A DNA stretch of 64,000 bases, from contig CAWCNK010000008.1 of NCBI GenBank assembly GCA_963796905.1, positions 225,298 to 289,297 of the forward strand. The letters are read 5' to 3'. Below the pieces are notes generated by a model that saw nothing but the letters and a program-made list of their open reading frames with translations, was not told the DNA's origin and made no database searches. The stretch comes from an uncultured Actinomycetota bacterium. GTDB lineage: Bacteria > Actinomycetota > Actinomycetes > Mycobacteriales > Jatrophihabitantaceae. The position numbers and the translations under genes are program-made. Below, piece by piece: positions 61,795 through 64,000 of the stretch (position 1 is the first letter of the stretch; the number at the start of each line of letters is the position of its first letter).

Positions 61795-64000
61795 CTAGTT
61801 GATCCGCAGGTCGGTGCCGTGCGGCATCTGGGTCTGCTTGGTGGCGGCGGTGGAGGAGATGGCGTTCCACAGCCGGTTCCAGGCGTCGACGTTGGTGATG
61901 CTGCCGCAGCTGCCGGCCTGGTTGCACGCGGTGACCTCGGTGAGCGGGCCGCCGAAGAAGATCCGGGGCTTGCCCGCCGCGGTGCCGGTCAGCGAGATGT
62001 TCTTCCACTGCAGCGGCATCGCGTAGTTGTAGATCTGCGGCAGGCTGATCGTCCGGCTCGGCGCCGCCCCGCCGGACAGCCACTGCAGGTCGGCCATCGT
62101 CCAGCCGTTGTTGCACCGGCTGTTGGACACCGAGGTCGAGCAGCCGTCGGCCGAGCCGTTGAAGACGTACTTGCTGGTGGTGGCGGCCAGGTAACCCGAC
62201 ACCCAGGCCCGGCTCTCGCCCACCGTCGCCGAGAAGCCCGGCTCGATGTCGTTGGCGCCGGCGATCACCACCCCGGGGTACTTGCCGGCGGCGTAGGACA
62301 GCACCGGGTTGACCACGTTGCGGGCCCAGGACAGCCCGGCGGAGTAGTTGACGTCGACGTCGTTGTTGGTGCCGATGGCCAGGGTCAGCGGGGCGTAGGG
62401 CTTCTGGGCGCTGACGTAGCCGTCCAGGTAGGCCTTCATGCCGGCCACCACGGTGGGGTAGCTGACGTACTTGGCGATCGCCGACAGCAGCACGCCCTTG
62501 CGGTACTCGTCCTGGCCGCCGATCTGCAGCAGCACCAGGTAGCTGTGCCCGGACGGGTTGTGGCTGGCGTCGGTGACGCCCATCCGGCGCATCATCGGCA
62601 GGTCGAGGCTGGCGTTGCCGGTCAGGTTGCGGATGTAGTGGCTGGTCGAGACCGGTGCCGGCGAGGTCTGCGGCGGCACGTTGGTCGGGACGGCCTGGAC
62701 GGTGGCCGCGGAGCTGCGGCCGTAGAGGTTGATGCCGCGCAGCGTGAAGGTGTAGGCGGTGCCGTTGGTGAGCCCGGTGACCACCGCCGAGACCGCGCTG
62801 CCGGCCACGCTGATCGTCCGGTTGCCGGGCATCACGAGAAGCTCGTAGCTGCTCACCGGGGCTGCGGTGGCCACCGAGGCGGTCCAGTTCAGGGTGGCCT
62901 GCTTGCTGCCGGGCCAGGCGCTCAGGCCGGTCGGCGCGGCGGGCGAGGCGGAGCCGGAGGTGGTGATCCGCTGGCAGCCCTGCGAGACGTCCTTGCCCGG
63001 GCCGACGTTGAGCGCGGTCACGCAGACCTGGTGCTCGAAGCCGTCCAGCACCAGGTTGACCGAGTAGCCGTGGTTGCTGCCGTAGCGCGACCAGGTGGCC
63101 GGAATGCCGGTGGCGGCCTGGTTGACGCTCAGCAGTCGCTTCTCGACCCCGTCGCTGGTGATCCGGACGGTGACCGGGGCGGCGGTGTCGGGGTCGAGAG
63201 CCCAACCCGAGATGGCCACCGTGTCGCTGACCCCGACCCGGGCGATGCTCGCCCCGCTGCCGGCCGGGTCGGCGGTGCGGGTGACGGTCTGGCAGCCGAA
63301 CCGGGTGTTGGCCGTGCCGCTGGCGGTGTTCATGGCGTAGGCGCACAGCTGGTGGGTGCCGGCCGTCGCGGGGGTGAAGATGGTGAAGCCGTGGTTCTGG
63401 CCGAAGCCGGGGTAGCGGGTCGCCACGTCCGACCGGGCCACCGAGGCCGGGCCGCTGGCGACCCAGTGGCCGTCGAGGTAGATGCGCACGTCGATGGGGC
63501 TGGTCACGTCCGGGTCGAGCGCGTAGCCGGTGGCCAGGAACCCGCCGGGCTGCTGCGGGCTGGAACCCAGCACGCCGAGCGGGTTGCTGTTCATCGTCAC
63601 GGTGCGGCAGCCGATCCGGGTGTTCACCGTGCCGGCTCCGACGTTGAGTCCGTAGGCGCACAGCTGATGGGTGCCGGCCGGCACCTTGGTGAAGATCGCG
63701 TAGCCGTGGTTCTGCCCGTAGCCCGGGTAGCGGGTGGCCAGGTCCGAGCGGGTGCCCGACGCCGTGCCGCCGGCCACATAGTGCCCGTCGAGGTAGATCC
63801 GAACCGTGACCGGGCTGGTGGTGTTGAGGTCGAGGGCGTAGCCGGAGGCGAGGAAGCCGCCGGGTTGCTGGGTGGCGGTCTCGAAGGTGCCGACCGGGTT
63901 GTCCACCCGGGTCACGGTGCTGCAGCCGAGCCGGGGGCTGAGGGTGCCGGCGCCGATGTTCATCGCGTACACGCAGATCTGGTGGCTGCCGGCCGGCGGG
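61795..64000 (-). CDS. Large secreted multidomain protein (C-terminal part; N-terminus beyond right edge): at least 4 tandem ~100-aa beta-rich modules, an FN3 domain and an uncharacterised C-terminal domain
   Basis: The frame stays open to the window edge. Modules repeat the pattern G(W/Y)ALD....P(V/I).VRIY(L)DG......A...R.D.A..YPG.G.NHG(Y/F).......G.HQ.C.Y..N.G.G....(L/I)GC..VT. The FN3 region is APTGLSAWPGSKQATLNWTAS...TAYTFTLRGIN. About 330 aa of C-terminal domain follow, ending GTDLRIN. Confidence 0.7.
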   Translation of the reverse strand, partial: PPAGSHQICVYAMNIGAGTLSPRLGCSTVTRVDNPVGTFETATQQPGGFLASGYALDLNTTSPVTVRIYLDGHYVAGGTASGTRSDLATRYPGYGQNHGYAIFTKVPAGTHQLCAYGLNVGAGTVNTRIGCRTVTMNSNPLGVLGSSPQQPGGFLATGYALDPDVTSPIDVRIYLDGHWVASGPASVARSDVATRYPGFGQNHGFTIFTPATAGTHQLCAYAMNTASGTANTRFGCQTVTRTADPAGSGASIARVGVSDTVAISGWALDPDTAAPVTVRITSDGVEKRLLSVNQAATGIPATWSRYGSNHGYSVNLVLDGFEHQVCVTALNVGPGKDVSQGCQRITTSGSASPAAPTGLSAWPGSKQATLNWTASVATAAPVSSYELLVMPGNRTISVAGSAVSAVVTGLTNGTAYTFTLRGINLYGRSSAATVQAVPTNVPPQTSPAPVSTSHYIRNLTGNASLDLPMMRRMGVTDASHNPSGHSYLVLLQIGGQDEYRKGVLLSAIAKYVSYPTVVAGMKAYLDGYVSAQKPYAPLTLAIGTNNDVDVNYSAGLSWARNVVNPVLSYAAGKYPGVVIAGANDIEPGFSATVGESRAWVSGYLAATTSKYVFNGSADGCSTSVSNSRCNNGWTMADLQWLSGGAAPSRTISLPQIYNYAMPLQWKNISLTGTAAGKPRIFFGGPLTEVTACNQAGSCGSITNVDAWNRLWNAISSTAATKQTQMPHGTDLRIN

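Overview
High-GC actinobacterial chromosomal DNA, densely coding: about 60 protein genes and one tRNA-Thr. I saw no rRNA, CRISPR array, transposase or integrase. All family calls come from reading the translations (motifs named per feature). No searches were run, and many start codons are inferred.

Most long ORFs in the track are Arg/Pro/Gly-rich shadow frames of real genes. The track also translates GTG/TTG starts as M, so I re-picked several starts.

Ordinary content:
- MarR regulators, an orphan MsiK-type sugar ABC ATPase, a GH25 muramidase, GNAT and PlsC acyltransferases.
- VOC protein, nitroreductase, MMPL transporter.
- A DasR-like GntR regulator with dre-like boxes controlling a GlcNAc/MurNAc recycling cluster (NagZ-like GH3, SIS protein, MurQ, ABC importer, ROK kinase, NagA).
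- Secreted EEP nuclease/phosphatase and S8 protease, LutABC, Rieske ferredoxin plus reductase, FUSC/MarR/MFS, NUDIX, TauE, AKR.

Four regions stand out:
1. 7715-11159: a trypco2-like small protein coupled to a trypsin-like protease / STAND NTPase / TPR fusion, i.e. an NLR-type conflict or defence module. Its sensor repeats look recently expanded.
2. 47957-59842: a tightly coupled 12-gene operon built around a divergent myo-inositol-1-phosphate-synthase paralogue plus sugar-phosphate and nucleoside enzymes. It sits convergent to a LOG gene and a coupled divergent PurA/PurB paralogue pair (44388-47904). This is a candidate cyclitol or carbocyclic-nucleoside-type pathway.
3. 1349-3814: a DGGA-repeat micro-ORF followed by a hairpin and a coupled JmjC-cupin / thioredoxin-like ferredoxin pair.
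4. 34253-37472: an orphan DUF4157 giant protein with eukaryote-like acidic/basic tracts and a frame anomaly at its 3' end.

Several coding regions also carry perfect in-frame micro- or minisatellites.
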